A stretch of DNA of 64,000 bases from the human T2T-CHM13v2.0 reference genome, Homo sapiens (GCF_009914755.1 NC_060941.1); one strand, 5' to 3'; shown: positions 1 to 20,831, numbered from the stretch's first letter. Program-made: numbers and translations. Notes: generated by a model from the sequence alone, not told the origin.

Positions 1-360
1 CGCCACTACACTCCAGCCTGGGCTACAACGAGACTCTGTCTCAAAAAAAAAAAAAACAGTGGGCCCAGGTGTGGTGACGTGTGCCTATGATCCCAGCTAC
101 TCGGGAGGCTGAGACGGGAGGATCACTTGAGCCCAGGAGGTGGATGGAGGCTGCAGTGAGCTGTAATGGTGCCACTGCACTCCAGATGACAGAGTGAGGC
201 CCTGTCTCTAAAAAAATAAAAATGAAATAACAATTTAAAAAATGTTATTTAAAGTGTCAAAGGCAAGGAGATTTATCCATAATCTTCATATTTCTTTATA
301 GAAATTTCTCAGATAGAACCCTGTAATTTCCAAAACTGAATGTAGTATGTTGTAATGGAC

Positions 361-979
<619 letters not shown>

Positions 980-1157
980 ATTTTGGACTCTGGGCCTGGC
1001 CTCTTAGCCTCTGAATCCTACATACTTTTCAGAAAGGCAGATTGAAAATCTGCAATCCTTTCAAACTAAGGTGTGAGATGGGGCCTTTTCTTATATATAT
1101 GTAGTTCTATGACCACTTACTGGTCAGAGAAATAATAATTTAAATAACATATAATAA

Positions 1158-2290
<1,133 letters not shown>

Positions 2291-2433
2291 TAATTCATTT
2301 AATTATTCTCAACAACTCTGTGAGGTGGACACCATTATCCCCATTTCACATTTGAGGAAACAGGCACACAGAAATTCAAGGACTTGCCTAAGGTCATACA
2401 CTAATAATTGGTAGAGCCACAGTTAGGACCTAG

Positions 2434-2706
<273 letters not shown>

Positions 2707-3196
2707 TAGCCAGGATGGTCTCGATCTCCTGACATCGTGATCCGCCCGCCTCGGCCTCCCAGAGTGCTGGGATTACAGGCGTGAGCCACCGCGCCTGGCC
2801 CTAACTCTCCAGTTGTATTTTATTATAGTTCGTCTGTTTCTCAGCTTCTCAAAATGTTATTTTCATTATGTCTGTTAAAGCAAATTTAATTCATAACCAT
2901 TTAAGGCTCTCCATGAACTGTCCTTATCATTTTCCCAGACTTGTTTTTTCTTATCCTTTAACATATATTCTCCAGTCTTAACAAGCTAACCAGTTTAATG
3001 CTTGGCCCTTACAGCTTGCTCATTCTTCTCTTCTCTACCATTGCTCAGGCATTATTGCTGGTATGACCTCCTCATCTTTTTCGGCAAACCGGGGCCCCTC
3101 CCTTCCTTCAACACTCACCTTTTCCAGAAAGTCCTCATTGACTAACTCCACCCAACTCTCTTTTCCCATCAGTTCACAAGTACTGGCTTTTGCTGA

Positions 3197-3430
<234 letters not shown>

Positions 3431-3958
3431 TAGTAGAGATGGGGTTTCTCCATGTTGGTCAGGCTGATCTCAAACTCCCGACCTCAGGTGATCTGCCCGC
3501 TTCGGCCTCCCAAAGTGCTAGGATTACAGGCGTGAGCCACCGTGCCCGGCCTATAATTGTGTTTAAATTTATTTTATATGTGTATCTTCGCAAGATGTAC
3601 TACTAGTAAGAGCTTGTTTCCTAATTCCTTTATTACTCTCAGTACTGGACCCTGCACAAAGTACATCTCAATTATTATTGAGCTGACTAACCAATTAACC
3701 AAGAGACAATATTTTACCCAGTCTGTAGCCTTTCCTGTATGTACAAGATGTGTGCCCCATAGAGAAACTACGTGAACCTAAGACTGGAGGCAACTTTCTT
3801 TTATAAAATCACAGAAAAGATTAAAAACAAAACACCAGGCTAGGCACCATGCCTCACGCCTGTAATCCCAGCACTATGGGAGGCCAAGGTGGGCGGATCA
3901 CCTGAGGTTGGGAGTTCAAGACCAGCCTGACCAACGTGGAGAAACCCCATCTCTACTA

Positions 3959-4117
<159 letters not shown>

Positions 4118-4702
4118 TCAAACAAAAACAGAAACAAAAACAAAACACTAGGGCCACAGACTTCATGGCAGCAGTAATTTTTGATCCTGCTGAGGAGAAA
4201 GAAGAGAACCTTACTTGGCCCCATCCTTGGTCCTATGATCCAAGAGATTCCAATGCAGCAAGTCAAGAATAAACCCACACTTAGAACTTGGGCTACAGGA
4301 ATGGAAGGTAACACACAGTTCCCTTAAATATGACTGGATGACCACTTAACATATGCTCCATACAGGCTTCTCTGAAATAACAGAAATTAGAACACAAGGG
4401 CCCTTGGAAATTCATTTCCCTCCATGGTGCTTCAGAAGGAATGGGAAAGTCAGTAATGTCCCAAGATCCTTAGCCCTACTTTTAACAGGCTTCTAGGCTT
4501 CTCTGTTTACCACACCTTTGAAAATCTGCAAATGAAAAACCTATGGAAGTCCATATATATCAATAAAAAGTTAACAAAGATTTGGGAGACTGAGGCAGGA
4601 GGATGACTTGAGGCCAAGAGTTCAAGACCACTCTGGGCATCATAGTGAGACTCCCATCTCTACAAAAAAAGAAAAAAAAAATTGGCCGGGCGCGGTGGCT
4701 CA

Positions 4703-5000
<298 letters not shown>

Positions 5001-5335
5001 TTAGCTGGGTGTGGTGGCCTATGCCTGTAGTCCTAGCTACTTGGGAGGCTAAAGTGGGAGGATTCCTTGAATCCAGGAGTTTGAGGCTGCAGTAAGCTAT
5101 GACTGCATCACTGCAGTCCAGCCTGGGCAACAGAGTGAAATCCTGTCTCTGTTTGTTTTGGTTTGGTTTGTGTTTTTTTTTTTGAGACAAAGTTTTGCTC
5201 TTGTTGCCCAGGCTGGAGTACAGTGGCACAATCTTGGCTCACTGCAACCTCCGCCTCCCGGGGGTTCAAGCGATTTTCGTGCCTCAGCCTCCCAAGTAGC
5301 TGGGATTACAGGTGCCTGCCACCACGCCCAGCTAA

Positions 5336-5506
<171 letters not shown>

Positions 5507-5525
5507 TAAGAAAGGAAAAAAAAAA

Positions 5526-5884
<359 letters not shown>

Positions 5885-6033
5885 TCAAGTACTAGCCTGA
5901 CAAATATGAGGACACAAAAAGAAATAGTTTCAATATCATCACTGACTTTATGACCTAAAACAAGTCCTAGCAATTCTCTGCCTCAGTTTCCCCATCTGTA
6001 AAGCAGATATGGGCATAATGCACGCTTATCTCA

Positions 6034-6432
<399 letters not shown>

Positions 6433-6745
6433 CTAGTAAAAAGTTGAAGTAAAATTATAGAGAGCAAATGTAAGTCATCGAAAGAAGTATTTCAGAGCAA
6501 AGATAATGTAAAGGAATTGGATTAGGGAGGCAAAATATTCAGGCAGGAAGGAGAGAAACCCCAGCTATGGAACACAGAAAGAGAAAGATGTGGAGCGTTT
6601 GAGAGAACCATTACAAAACCACCAAGTTAGATCAAAACAAAGCATTACAGTTACTGTTTAGCCTCTCTGACTTACAAATTATGGCCTTCAATGTCAATTT
6701 CAAGCATACAAATTATAACTCGAATTCCACTAATATGTGTCTTAC

Positions 6746-6822
6746 CTGCGGAATATGATGAAGGGGTTCCAAAGGCCAGGAACACAAAAACTTGGAGAGC
6801 AATCCATGGAAAATGATGCCAT
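6746..6822 (-). pseudogene. Candidate upstream alternative exon of an NPEPPS-like (pseudo)gene lying left of the window; encodes MASFSMDCSPSFCVPGLWNPFIIFR
   Basis: ATG at 6822 (minus strand), 25 codons + 2 nt, then a strong donor CAG|GTAAGA in repeat-free DNA. The similarity to an NPEPPS alternative N-terminus is from memory and unverified. Confidence 0.5.
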
Positions 6823-7542
6823 GAGGTCCCAGCCTTGACTCTTCCGTAACTTAAAATGGATGTTGAAATGACAGTTGGAAATGTGAGTAGATGGAATGCT
6901 GCCTACCCATCCTGTGTTCTTCATGAAAGGAAAGTAGATTAATTTCACATGCTTTAAAATGTTTGCTATACTGATGGATAACTTAATTTGTCATAATAAT
7001 ATGTGAGCTATAGATTGGATAGATTGATGGATAGATACATAGTTTTATTTATGTGGGGATAGCAATATGACATTATGCACATAAAAATGTGGCCAAAGGA
7101 AGGTCCTATCTGGTCATAGTTTTATTTCTCTTGGTATCTTTCCATCAGGAAGTTGAAAAAGTCATACATTTCCACCTTTCTCACTTCCTTTCTAGCCCTC
7201 CTTTTTTTTTTTTTTTTTTCAGTACTTCTGCTTCCCTTTTCACAACTACTTCTGCAGGTCTGTTTACCAATCCCAAGGGAGTGACAACTACAAGAGCAAA
7301 CCTAACCCCTTTGTTGATGATCTTCAAACTGAGATGACCTGTTTGGCTGTGACCTGTTTGGTTGTAAAGGATTAGCCACCAGGGCTTTGCAGAATATAAG
7401 TTAGGGAGCCAACTTATATGATAGGGTGAAGCCAATACCCTCTGCTGCAAAGAGTGCATATGTCTGTGTCTGATGCGTGGGCCTCTGGAATGCTACTATA
7501 ACATTTCTCCTGAAATCCCAAGTCTTTTTTTTTCTTTTTTGA

Positions 7543-7686
<144 letters not shown>

Positions 7687-8192
7687 TAGTAGAGACGGGG
7701 TTTCACCATGTTGTGCAGGCTGATCTCAAATTCCTGACCTCAGGTGATCCACCCGCCTCGGCCTCCCGAAGTGCTGGGATTACAAGTGTGAGCCACCGCG
7801 CCCGGCGAAATCCCAAGTTTTTAAAGGTTACGGTGCTCTGGAGCTGGCATGCTGGAATTGAGTTTGCAATGATGTTTGCCTTGACGTCAAATCCAAAAAA
7901 ATCAGTGCGAGCTCAGGTTGAACCAGACCAGTGGGGTAGCCAAGAGGATTAGAAGTCGCAGCTTGGCAAGTCAGGTGGCCTCAGTTTCTCCATCCTTGGC
8001 TCTATTTCTGTTTGCTTCTTAAATCCTTGACAAGAAGAATTGACATCAGAATAGTCCTCACCCAATGTGCTATCCAAGGCCTAGCAAAGAGAATAAGCTT
8101 AACCCAGGTTAAGAGTTGGGTGAAGAGAAGAGACCCAAGACATTAAGGCCTACTAATCTGGCAGAATCACATCTCATGGGGTGTGATTTTAT

Positions 8193-8353
8193 GAGAGCAA
8201 TTTGCCTTGGAGTCTTAGACACATAAATAACTAAGGATAAGAATATTCTGCTGCCAGCCTCCCTACAGTTTGAGAGAGCAATTTGCCTTGGAGTCTTAGC
8301 CACATAAATAACTAAGGATAAGAATCTTCTGCTGCCAGCCTCCCTACAGTTTG
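8193..8353. repeat. Tandem duplication, 2 x 80 bp (period 81)
   Basis: gagagcaatttgccttggagtcttag...ccctacagtttg occurs twice with 2 mismatches. Confidence 0.95.
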
Positions 8354-8783
8354 CATAGGAGTCAAGATTAATAAATACTTAAAAAGTGTAAGGGGAGCTA
8401 AAAATTGGCTTGTGACCTGCTTATTCATAGGACTGAACCAAAAGTCATAGTGTCCCCAGTAAACAAATAATGCTAGAGCTAAAGAGAAACCATAAGGTAA
8501 GCATCTAAGATCCTTTCATTTTCAGATATACATGCTTTAGAAAAATTGTCTTGGCACGGAGACTAGCCTTTGGGATCTAGTGCCTTGAAAAAAAATCTGA
8601 TGGTAACATCTCTATTTTGGTAAATTGATTCAAGAAAAAGGCAAAGAGACAAAAAGCAATTCAAACTGCTCATACTCTTTAGCCCTGGGAAGCCTGCACC
8701 GGCAGGTTTCTGGATATGGTCTATTTTAGTTCAAAGTGCAATCACACTGTATAAAATATAAAGTCACTAAGAATGAGGCATAG

Positions 8784-9005
<222 letters not shown>

Positions 9006-11212
9006 TAGTAGAGACGAGGTTTCTCCATGTTGGTCAGACTGGTCTCGAACTCCCATCCTCAGGTGATCCGCGCCCCCTCGGCCTCCCAAAGTGCAGAGAT
9101 TATAGGCTTGAGCCACTGTGCCTGGCCAAGACAAAATTCTTCAGGCAAAAAGGCACAGTATAAACCATTCAAGAGAGATTTATATTCCTGTTGCCCCAAA
9201 CCTACATTAGCTGTTAAGTGGAGGCCACAGTTTTAGCAACTCTACATCAGGAAACCCTGAACTCTTGTTGTGCCCTATCCCAATGTGTCTCAGTGCCAAG
9301 AGATGCCAAACGATGTCATCTTTGTTTAGCTCTATGTACTTTTGCTAAAGTGATTCATTACTGTCTTATCTCAATGTAAGAGGATATCAGTAGATGCAGG
9401 AGAGGGTGACAGAATCAAAGGAGTGGAGGAGGTGGAAGAAGAGAAAAAGGCGTCACTATTTTACAGAAAAAGTGCCATTATTGGTGTCTGACAAGGTAAA
9501 TCGTTTTCTTTAGTTTATAAGCCCTACCTCCTTTTATTTTTTCCAGAAATTAGAACATTAGTTCTATCCAGGTTTGGTTCAGACTTGAATTGTACAAGTT
9601 GCAGTTCTTAGAGCTGATACCAGGGTCCCATTCTGTCACCCAGGCTGGAGTGTGGTGATGTGATCTCAGCTCACTGCAACATCTGCCTCCCAGGCTCAAT
9701 GATCCTTTACCTCAGCTTCCCAGGTAGCTGGGACTACAGGCATGCACCACTAGGTCCGTCTAGTTTGTGTGGAGTTTTTTGGTAGAGATGGGATTTCACC
9801 ATATTGCCCAGGCTGATCTCAAACTCCTGGTTCGAGCGATCCTCCCGCCTCCCCAAAGTACTGGGATTATAGATGTGAGCCACTGTGTCTGCCCTAAAAT
9901 GGTAAAATCTTTAAGGCCCTTGTTTTCCCTAATTTTTCCTCCCCTTCATGGTAAAGAAGTCCAGTGTGCTATGTTACTAACGCTAGGATTCATAACTTAC
10001 ATTTTAAGGATAGCCAAAGTAAGTTGAAGATTACTTCCTATTGTTTCATTCTTTATAATTGTTTTAGGGGGCTTCAAATACAAGGGGTCAAAAACTGACG
10101 TAGGACAAAGATAGATGCAGTCATTGCCCAGAGTTAACTGCAAAGCAATGACTAAAAGCCATGATGAGAAGAATTTCTGACTCCCAGGCCTCTCTTCTTT
10201 CTGAATATCCTAGCAGTCCTAGATAACTGTCAGAGGACAAGTGTTGAAATGTGTTGACAAGTGTTGACAAGGAGGACCACACATACCCTAGATTTTCCAG
10301 GACAGTCCTGATGGCAAATATTCTCCACTGTCATCAGAACCCATGTAAATAAATGTCCTAGAAATTCCAATATTCTAGCATTTTGGGTTAAAGAAAATGG
10401 AAGAAGAACTGCATGCCTGGGAGTCAAGGCAAAAAGGGCACATGATAGTTGGTGTCAAGGCCAGGTAACAGGAAGGAGACAGAAAGATCTGATTGCTAGA
10501 ATAACCAGGCAGCTCAAATGAGGGTAATAGAATCTTGTGCAGCACAGCATCATGATGGTAAAAAAAATGCTCTTTCCATGAGTGCTTAAAGCAGACTCAG
10601 AGAAAAGTTGCTGTTTTCAACCCACCTCTGGAGTACTAGTACTCCAGCCTCCATTAGTCAGGCTTCCACCCTGGAGATCTGACATAGTATGACAAGTCCT
10701 ACAAAGCCAAACAATGAGGTCATCCTTTGTAGGTTACTTCATTGTGGGTGATAACTTCATCAGGAAAAAATATGTTCATTCAGCATTTTTCAAGTCCTCA
10801 AACTGCTTTATGAAATCAAGTCTGTTCATTCCTCTCTAGGAAGAGCAAACCTAGCAAGAGAAACAAGTTCTCTAGGTTTATACATCTATATGGTTAATCC
10901 TAGGCTCTTAGCCCCTACTTAAACAAATCCTAACCCTAGAGATCTAAATGAAATATTCTCTTTATTTAGTACGATTAATCTATTACCACTCTGAATAATT
11001 GGAAATATATTTAAATGCTTTTCATAGTGTGAGAGACAGAATGGAAATCCATGGAGCAGAAGAAAGGCTCAGTTCTTCTCCTTTTACCATGATCATGATA
11101 ACTTTATAATTCCATGTAGTAAACCCTAAGGGCACGTTCTCATCAGCCAGGTTAGAGCCCCTTGTTCTACAGAGTAATGAAGGAGTTAGACCAAGTATCT
11201 TTCCCCAGTAAT

Positions 11213-12959
<1,747 letters not shown>

Positions 12960-12966
12960 TGAGTAG

Positions 12967-13378
<412 letters not shown>

Positions 13379-13476
13379 TGATCCACCCAACTCAGCCTTC
13401 CAAAGTGCTGAGATTACAGGCGTGAGCTACCTTCGCCCGGCCTGCTTTCAGGTTTTTTTTTTTTTTTTTTTTTTGA

Positions 13477-13581
<105 letters not shown>

Positions 13582-16500
13582 TGAGTAGCTGGGATTACAG
13601 GCACGTGCCACCATACCTGGCTAGTTTTTTTTTTTTTTTTTTTTTTTGGAGATGGAGTCTCGCTCTGTCGCCCAGGCTGGAGTGGAGTGGCGCAATCTTG
13701 GCTCACCGCAAGCTCCGCCTCCTGGGTTCCCGCCATTCTCCCGCCTCAGCCTCCCGAGTAGTTGGGACTGCAGGTACCGGCCACCACTCGCGGCTAATTT
13801 TGTGGGGTTTTTTTCTTTTTTGTATTTTTAGTAGAGATGCGGTTTCACTATGTTAGCCAGGATGGCCTCGATCTCCTGACCTCGTGATCTGCCCAGGTCG
13901 GCCTCCCAAAGTGCTGGGATTACAGGCGCAAGCCACTGCACCAGGCCCATATCTGGCTAGTTTTTGTATTTTTAGTAGAGATGGGGTTTCACCATGTTGT
14001 CTAGGCTGGTCTCAAACTCCTAACCTCAGGTGATCCACCCGCCTTGGCCTCCCAAAGTGCTGGGATTACAGGCATGAGCCGTCACACCCGGGGTAAATAG
14101 GGATTTTAAAATAGCTTTGTGTGCTGGCAAATATCTTTTTCTGGAGAGTGGAATGACATTCTGTCATGTTTAATTTTTTAGGCTAGGAGACCGCTAAAAG
14201 GGATATCTAACTCTCTTCTCCTTTTCTTATTCCCTAGGGTATTCACTTTAGTGGAAAACAGCATAGGTTAATATCAACTGGCTCCATGAAAATCAACTTG
14301 TCCCTTTAAATATATCAAATACTTTAAATAGTTTTTCCAATATTAAATATCCATGTTCAGAATATGGTGGTGATTATGCTGTATTAATAAGAGAAATTAC
14401 TTTGAGAGTGATGTTGGCAAGATTATGTCAAGTAGCAGCCAAGGGCTGATATACCACACTGTCAAACCAATGATTTTTTTTCTTTCTTTCTTTTGCCACT
14501 GTTACTATATTAATATACTTTTAGTATTTCCACTCACCTGAAAATGATGCAGGCAGATATTATAAACCTGATTCTGCCACTCCTGCAAATATCAAAGCTT
14601 AAACATTTTAATGGGGAGGAAAAAAAAACACTCTGAAGAATAAATATTCATAGGATTTTAATCCAGAAGTATCCCAACAGGCGCAGTGGCTCATGCCTGT
14701 AATCCCAGCACTTTGGGAGGCCGAGGCAGGCAGATCACCTGAGGTCAGGAGTTTGAGACCAGCCTGGCCAACATAGTGAAACCCCCGCCTCTACTAAAAA
14801 TATGAAAATTAGCTAGGCATTGGCCGGACACGGTGGCTCATGCCTGTAATCCCAGCACTTTGGGAGGCTGAGGCGGGCACATCACGAGGTCAGGAGATGG
14901 AGACCATCCTGGCTAACACAGTGAAACCCCGCCTCTACTAAAAATACAAAAATTAGCCTGGCGTGACGGCAGGCACCTGTAATCCCAGCTACTTGGGAGG
15001 CTGAGGCAAGAGAATGACAAACCTGGAAGGTGGAGTTTGCAGTGAGCTGAGATCGTGCCACTGCACTCCAGCCTGGGTGACAGAGCAAGACACCGTCTCA
15101 AAAAAAAAAAAGATTAGCCGGACGTGGTGGCAGGTGCCTATAATCTCAGCTACTGGGGAGGCTGAGGCAGGAGAATCTCTTGAACCCAGGAGGTAGAGGT
15201 TGCAGTGAGCCAAGATTGCGCCACAGCACTCTATCCTGGGTGACAGAGTGAAACTCCGTCTCAAAAAAAAAAAAAAAGTATCCCAGCCAGGTGCAGTGGC
15301 TCGTGCTTGTAATCCCAGCACTTTGGGAGGCCAACGCGGGCGGATCACGAGGTCAGGAGTTCAAGACCAGGCTGACCAACATGGTGAAACCCTGTCTCTA
15401 CTAAAAATACAAAAATTAGCCGGGCATGGTGGCATGTGCCTATAATCCCGGCTACTCAGGAGGCTGAGGCTGAGGCAGGAGAATGGCTTGAAACTGCAAG
15501 GCAGAGGTTGCAGTGAGCCGAGATTGCACTGAGCCGAGATTGCACCATTGCACTGCACTCCAGCCTGAGCGACAGAGTGAGACTCTTGTCTCAAAAAAAA
15601 GGTATCCCAACAGAGTTTCACATTTTACCATAACCCACAGGAGAGAAATCTTTTCTATAATCATTAATAATTTAGTTCTTTAGAAAAATCATTTCCTCTT
15701 CGTGTGATTTTTCTTGTTTTAGACGTGGTCTCATGATGTTGGCCAGGCTGGCCTCAAACTCCTGGACTCAAGTGATCCTCCTGCCTCAGCCTCCTGAGTA
15801 GTTGGGACTACAGGGATGTGCCACGACTTGTTTATCAAGCAGTTATTGAGTACCTAGTGTGTGCCACTCAGTGGCTTGTAAGTGGCAGAGCCAGTGGCAG
15901 AAGCCAGGTTACCTTGACTCAGAACAGGCACTCTTTCCTAATACTTGGTCTTCCCATGATCTCTTTCTGGAACTCCCAGGGCTGATGTAATATAACCCAA
16001 AGAATAAACTGGAATAAGACAAAGAGAAATAAAGCTTGAGTTTCCATTTAGCTCTTCCCTGACAGGTGGTACATAACTTAGCCCATTCAAGAGCAGATGA
16101 GTTTCCATCACCTGTTTTGTTTAAATATTAAGAACTATTAAAAGACATTATTTTCCCTTGATGGTTATCAGAATCTTCTGGCTTTCCAACAGTGCCACCC
16201 AAATCCTTTATCTGTCTAGAACCCCTTGCTGTTTCAGTTTCTTCATCTGTAAAATTAGGTAATGGATTAGATCATCTTCAAAGTTCTTTCTAGCTCTAAA
16301 ATTATTTTATTCTACTAATTTTCTGTGGAAAAAAATTATTATGCTCAGGTCCATCAGCTTTGGCTAATGAGGGCTGCACTCCACAGTTTGAAAAGTTTAG
16401 GAAATTCCCGGCCTGGTATGGTGGCTCATGCTTGTAATCCCCGTACTTCCAGAGGGCAAGGCAGGCAGATTACTTTTGCCCCCAAGTTTGAGACCAGCCT

Positions 16501-17317
16501 GGGCAATGTGGCAAGACCCTGTTTCTAATAAAAAGGTAAAAATGGCATATCATCCATGGCCTTTTTACTTTTCCAACACAGTCTGGGAAATTATTAATAA
16601 CAATAAAATCTCTACAGAGTACTCTTTCCTAATTACTTTGAATATTTTCCTTTCTCACAATGTCATTGAGACACAAGAAGGTATTATTCATCCACCAAAA
16701 ATGAGAAACTGGACATACAGATAGGTCGTGCACTTTTTTTTTTTTAAATGGAGTGTTGCTCTGTCACCTAGGCTGCAGTACAATGGCGCGGATGTCCATT
16801 CACTGCAACCTCTGCCTCCTGGGTTCAAGCGATTCTCCTGCCTCAGTCTCCTGAGTAGCTGGGACTACAGGCGCATGCCACCACACCGGCTAATTTTTTG
16901 TATTTTTAGTAGAGACGGGGTTTCACATGTTGGCCAGGCTGGTCTCAAACTCCTGACCTCGTGATCCGCCCACCTCGGCCTCCCAAAGTGCTGCGATTAC
17001 AGGTGTGAGCCACCACGCCCCGCCTAGGTCGTGCACTTCTAAAACTCACAGTAAGTGGGAGTAGATCTAAAATGAGAAAGTGGATCTCTCTGCTGACTGG
17101 GTCTCTTGTCCAGGCTTTTTATCCACAGTAAGCTTTCTGGTTAATGTACAGAATGTGGAATGCTCATTAATTGCTCTTGGAAAATGAACCTGTCTCTTCC
17201 TCCCTTCCTACTTCAAAAAAAAAAAACACACACAAAAACACAGAAAAACAATAATACCCTCACTTTACTAAATGAGCAAGAGGAAAAAAAATGAATCTGG
17301 CCAGGTGCGGTGGCTCA

Positions 17318-17575
<258 letters not shown>

Positions 17576-17779
17576 TCAAAAAAGAAAAGAAAAGAAAAGA
17601 AAATCCACAGTAGGCGCCATCTGGAATGGCTCAGGTGATAGCCAGTCACCTGGAGCAGAGAAAAAGCTGTGGTCACTAGTAATTTCAGTATTTCAGTGAT
17701 GTTTCCCACCACCAGCTGTCATCATAATTTCCAGAAAAGCTGCCAAGAAAAAGCAGGAATTTGCATTTCACACAACCCT

Positions 17780-17782
<3 letters not shown>

Positions 17783-17828
<46 letters not shown>
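17783..17828. repeat. (CA)23 microsatellite
   Basis: Perfect dinucleotide run. Confidence 0.97.
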
Positions 17829-17830
<2 letters not shown>

Positions 17831-18636
17831 GGATCTTCCTGACTGCTCTTTGCCCTCATATCTTCCTTCCCTCAAGCATTCCAGATAAACAGGTAAGGTA
17901 CTTGACTCACCTGCAGCTGAATAACTCAGTACTCTTGAAGGCGCCTCCCTTCTGCCAGCAATCCTTACTCAGTTATTCTTTCCTTCCCTAATCTGGATTG
18001 TTTCCTTGAAACCAAAAACCCCAGTAATAGGTGCCTTATCCCTACTTCCCCTTTTTCCTTTCTCCTCTTGCCATCCCTCATTCCAAACAATACACTCAGG
18101 TCTGTAGCGATCCAAGCTCTTATCACACTTAGGAGGTAACTGGCCATTGAAGTGCTTATCTTTATTTTGACAATATGTGACATGTTTATGTTCTATTCCA
18201 ATCCAGCACAGTGTCTGCCCCATTGTTGGGACTCAGCAAATGTTTGTTGAATAGAACTTGCCTAAATTGGCCTCAGGCATCTCCTAAATTTCACAGTATG
18301 CTGAATTCCAGGGAAAACTAGACCGACTAAGCCAACTGCTCCCTTCCTGTCTGGGAGGACCCACCCACAGAGCAGAAAGGGGAAGCTCCACCTCTGCAGA
18401 CAGAGAGGGTTTGACTGATGTCCCTCCTCCGCCTGTGATCCCACCCCATTCTCCTTCCTCTGTCACAGGCTAAGGCAGTCCTGGAACGCCTACCCCCCCA
18501 CCCCAACCCCCCAGAATGATCCAGGCCATTTTATGTGGCAGAGCTGCTAATAGAACAGGCTGTGTATTAGATAGGGTTCAGGGTAGAGATCAGAGCCTGA
18601 ATTTTATTGTAGGGATCACTAAGAAAGTTAGATTAG

Positions 18637-18963
<327 letters not shown>

Positions 18964-19251
18964 TAGATTAGAATTTGATATGAACCTAAGTAGACTAGTC
19001 TGAGACGTGTCTGTAGGGATTGAGAGTGTGAAGCTCTAGAGACCTAATGTCTAGGTTCAAATAGTGTCAGTGCAACTTTTTAACCATTTGTTACACATTT
19101 AACCATAAGTTACACAAGTTACTTAACTGCCCTATACCTCAGTTTCTTCACTCATGAAATAGGGATAATAGGCCAGACACGGTGGCTCACACCTGTAATC
19201 CCAACACTTTGGGAGGCCAAGGTGGGTGGATCACCTGAGGTCAGGAGTTCA

Positions 19252-19458
<207 letters not shown>

Positions 19459-19549
19459 TCAAAAAAAAGAAAAAGAAATAGGGATAATAACAGTACCTGT
19501 ATCACAAGATTGTCCAAAGGATTAAATGAGTTAAAACATGTTAGTGCTA

Positions 19550-19726
<177 letters not shown>

Positions 19727-20296
19727 TCAAGGGGTTGAAGTGGGAGGATTCCCTGGGCCCAGGTGGTCAAGGCTGCAGTGAGCCATGATTGCACCACTAG
19801 ACGTCAGCCTGGATGACAAAGTAAGACTTTGTTGGCTGGGCGTGGTGGCTCACACCTGTAATGCCAGTACTTTGGGAGGCCAAGGAGGGCGGATCACGAG
19901 GTCAGGAGATCGAGACCATCCTGGCTAACATGGTGGAACCCCATCTCTACTAAAAATACAAAAAATTAGCCAGGCGTGGTGGCAGGAGCTTGTAGTCCCA
20001 GCTTCTTAGGAGGCTGAGGCTGGAGAATGGCGTGAACCTGGGAGGCGGAGCTTGCAGTGAGCTGGGATGGCGCCACTGCACTCCAGCCTGGGCGACAGAG
20101 CGAGACTCCGTCTCAACAACAACAACAACAACAAAAGGCTTTCTCTCTAAAATAAAATAAAATACACTAAAAATAATTTAATTTAAAAATAAGGATAAAA
20201 CCATGTTAGTGCTCAATATTATTACTGAGGAGAATGGCTCTTGAATAGCAGCAAGTTTACTATGTTGAGGTTTGTATTTCTTTTATTTTTTTTTAG

Positions 20297-20404
<108 letters not shown>

Positions 20405-20508
20405 TAGCTGGGATTACAGGCGAACGCCACCACGCCCAGCTAATTTTTTTGTATTTTTAGTAGAGATGGGGTTTCACCATGTTGACCAGGATGGTCTCTA
20501 TCTCTTAA

Positions 20509-20828
<320 letters not shown>

Positions 20829-20831
20829 TAA

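Noticed and set aside
8193-8353. CRISPR-like array
   Set aside because: Only two adjacent copies with no spacers, in eukaryotic DNA
10274-10400. Possible hAT-Blackjack (MER81/MER94-like) remnant
   Set aside because: Too diverged to assign by eye
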